The translations under genes and the position numbers were made by a program. The notes beneath the pieces were generated by a model. It searched no databases. It was given only the letters and a program-made list of their open reading frames with translations, and had not been told where the DNA came from. From Azolla caroliniana (taxonomy: Eukaryota > Plantae > Polypodiophyta): DNA of 64,000 bases. Location: contig JBHGNT010000011.1 of assembly GCA_043228905.1 (NCBI GenBank), forward strand, positions 9,114,001 to 9,178,000, written 5' to 3'. Position 1 is the stretch's first letter. Every line of letters begins with the position of its first letter. This document shows positions 61,936 through 64,000 of the stretch, piece by piece.

Positions 61936-62778
61936 CATGGTTGTTTACATACCCGTATTTAACGTTTAAATATGTATAGTACGGTCTCATCATTTGTATA
62001 GTACGTATTATACCTCAATGTTGTTCAGTCAAATATCATGTACATTTGTCCAATACGGTATTTAACGTATTTATAAAAAACCAAGTATAATACATATTTA
62101 TAAAGAAAATATAAGTAAAACCCTAACAAAAAACAAAAGAAAAAAAAAGATTTTAGTGAAAAAGAAGCCAAAGGAAGGAAGAAAGAAGAATATAAGAGAT
62201 GACGATTAAGAAGATGAACAAGAAGAAGAAGACGAGAGAAAAGAAGACATAAACCTGTCCTGAGTGTGATAATCACAGTAGATAGAAGAAGAAGAAGAAG
62301 AAGAAGAAGAAAACGAAGAAAAGAGATACCTATCATGAGTATGATAATCATAGACGATTACTCAATCTATGAAGGCATAATTGTAAATAACTACAATTTG
62401 AAGTAGAACATCGTGATACACACTTACACTGATTTATAGGATAAGGGAATGTTGACATCCATATTACTACAAGTATTTTAGGATGTGAAATGTTCAAATG
62501 TCTTATATGCATTTTAGGATATAGAACTATATTGTACATCACAAAATTGTGTAAACATAGATGTTTTTTACAATATTATAGATATTTTTTAGAAAGGTAA
62601 ATAATTTTCAAATTCTAGAAGTATTTAATGTACTATACGTAAAATACGTATTTTATAAGTACTTAACATATTAAGAAAACGTATTTAGCATATTTTTTAA
62701 TTGGGAGATACTATACGGGTATTAATACGTTAAATACGTATGGTATCCATACCGTACCTAACGTACCTAACAACCTTG
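61936..62778. mobile_element. Non-autonomous hAT-type DNA transposon (MITE) with 8-bp TSD ATCCCACA
   Basis: ATCCCACA at 61928-61935 and 62779-62786; imperfect terminal inverted repeats CATGGTTGTT / AACAACCTTG; many subterminal (T)ACGTA motifs. Confidence 0.88.
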
Positions 62779-63220
62779 ATCCCACATGCACAAAAAACTT
62801 TTATAAACATAAAGTATTGACATGATCAAATGGGCATGGGTTAAACTCAAAACAAACAAATATTTCTCTTTCTAATAGAGAATATATTGTGCTTCTCCCA
62901 CCTCTGTGCCCTAAACCGAACTTTTGGAGTTGGGGAAGGTTATCTATTATTACACAAATTTTCCTATCTTGCAAACTACACAAAAATTAAAGTTTCTATA
63001 ACTACATGTAGATTGATAGATTCAACTTGATCCTCGAGTCAAAATGTTAATAACCATGAGATGATTGTGACTAGTTGATTCCTTAATCATAAACAAAATG
63101 CCATGAAATAATCATGAGATCTTCTTTGGTGTTGGGAAAGGAACTATAGTCACATATATTCTTTGATTACTAAGATTGGGAGGAGTTTGAGATAGAAAAG
63201 ATCCTAGAGTGATTGGTCCC

Positions 63221-63644
63221 TGTTAAGAAATCAAGCTCAACTTAGTTTAGTTAGTTAGTCAACCATGTAACTTCGTAGTTACCTAGATAGAATCTAGTTA
63301 GAAGTGTTGACTATAACGCCTTAAATAGGACCTTGTACTTAAGTGGGATATTCTCGATCCTCCACTCCTAAGTACATTTAATATAGGACTTACACATTAG
63401 TACCTATATTCTACTCACACATGTGCACCTTTGCACATGAGATGTATATATACCTCATTGTGGGTATTTTTGTATTTGATGATGATAATGTTAATTTAAT
63501 ATACTTACTCATCCCTCATCTTGTGTTGTTCATAAGTGTATCTCTCTCTCTCTCTCTCTCTCTCTCTTCCTCTCACACACATACACACACATATCACATA
63601 AATCTTCCGCTTATCAACTAATCACATAATTAGGTACTAATTAA
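63221..63644 (+). mobile_element. Family C LTR, 3' end truncated
   Basis: Closely matches 39515-39921. Confidence 0.9.
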
Positions 63645-63807
63645 GAAGAATGAGGTAGAAAAGATCCTAGAATCTTGATGGTAGCTTCATTATCTAATGT
63701 TGTAGAAGGGTTTCTCATTGTCCAAAGACAACCAACTCTGTCGTCTGCTACATATAGTCTAAGATTTTCACCATTGTTATCCCTACAAATCTGATTATTC
63801 TAGAAGT

Positions 63808-64000
63808 TTCATGAACAATACTAAGACAGAGAAGGACTTAGTACTAAAAGAAGTATTAGTACTAAGAGAGGTGAAGAACTCTCGAGAGAAGGAAAGAGTG
63901 AGTGAGAGGGAGGGAGAGAGAGATCGAGAGAGAGAGAGAGTGATGATAAGAAAAGATATATATTATGTGAAGAAAATGTACAGTAACTAGGAGGCTTAAG
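63808..64000 (-). mobile_element. Family E LTR fragment running off the window
   Basis: Reverse complement of ~58728-58925 (CTTAAGCCTCCTAG...CTCTCGAGAGTTC...CTTAGTATTGTTC). Confidence 0.8.

Overview
Eukaryotic, repeat-saturated land-plant DNA. The likely source is a large-genome non-flowering plant such as a fern or lycophyte, which I infer from the TE types and gene content and have not proven. Only one host gene is supported: an intact, six-exon, GT-AG spliced murA (UDP-N-acetylglucosamine enolpyruvyl transferase, about 504 aa with an ~80-aa N-terminal extension) on the minus strand at 15118-27982. It is a candidate plastid peptidoglycan-synthesis gene, and two of its introns are swollen by nested Copia elements and a LINE. 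Everything else I recognise is decayed mobile DNA: nested Ty3/Gypsy chromoviruses, Ty1/Copia elements, solo LTRs with 5-bp target-site duplications (TSDs), a non-coding LTR element, two related LINEs and a hAT-type MITE. The most unusual signals are four. (i) Two chromovirus LTR families carry an antisense tRNA-derived A-box/B-box cassette at the U3 tip. (ii) Three chromovirus families show Tf1-type self-priming complementarity instead of a tRNA primer-binding site (PBS). (iii) Two composite insertions are bounded by mismatched or inverted LTRs yet flanked by near-perfect TSDs. (iv) A LINE sits in a (CT)n microsatellite and shares a 3' stem-loop with the intronic LINE. All coordinates were read by eye; no alignment or database search was run.
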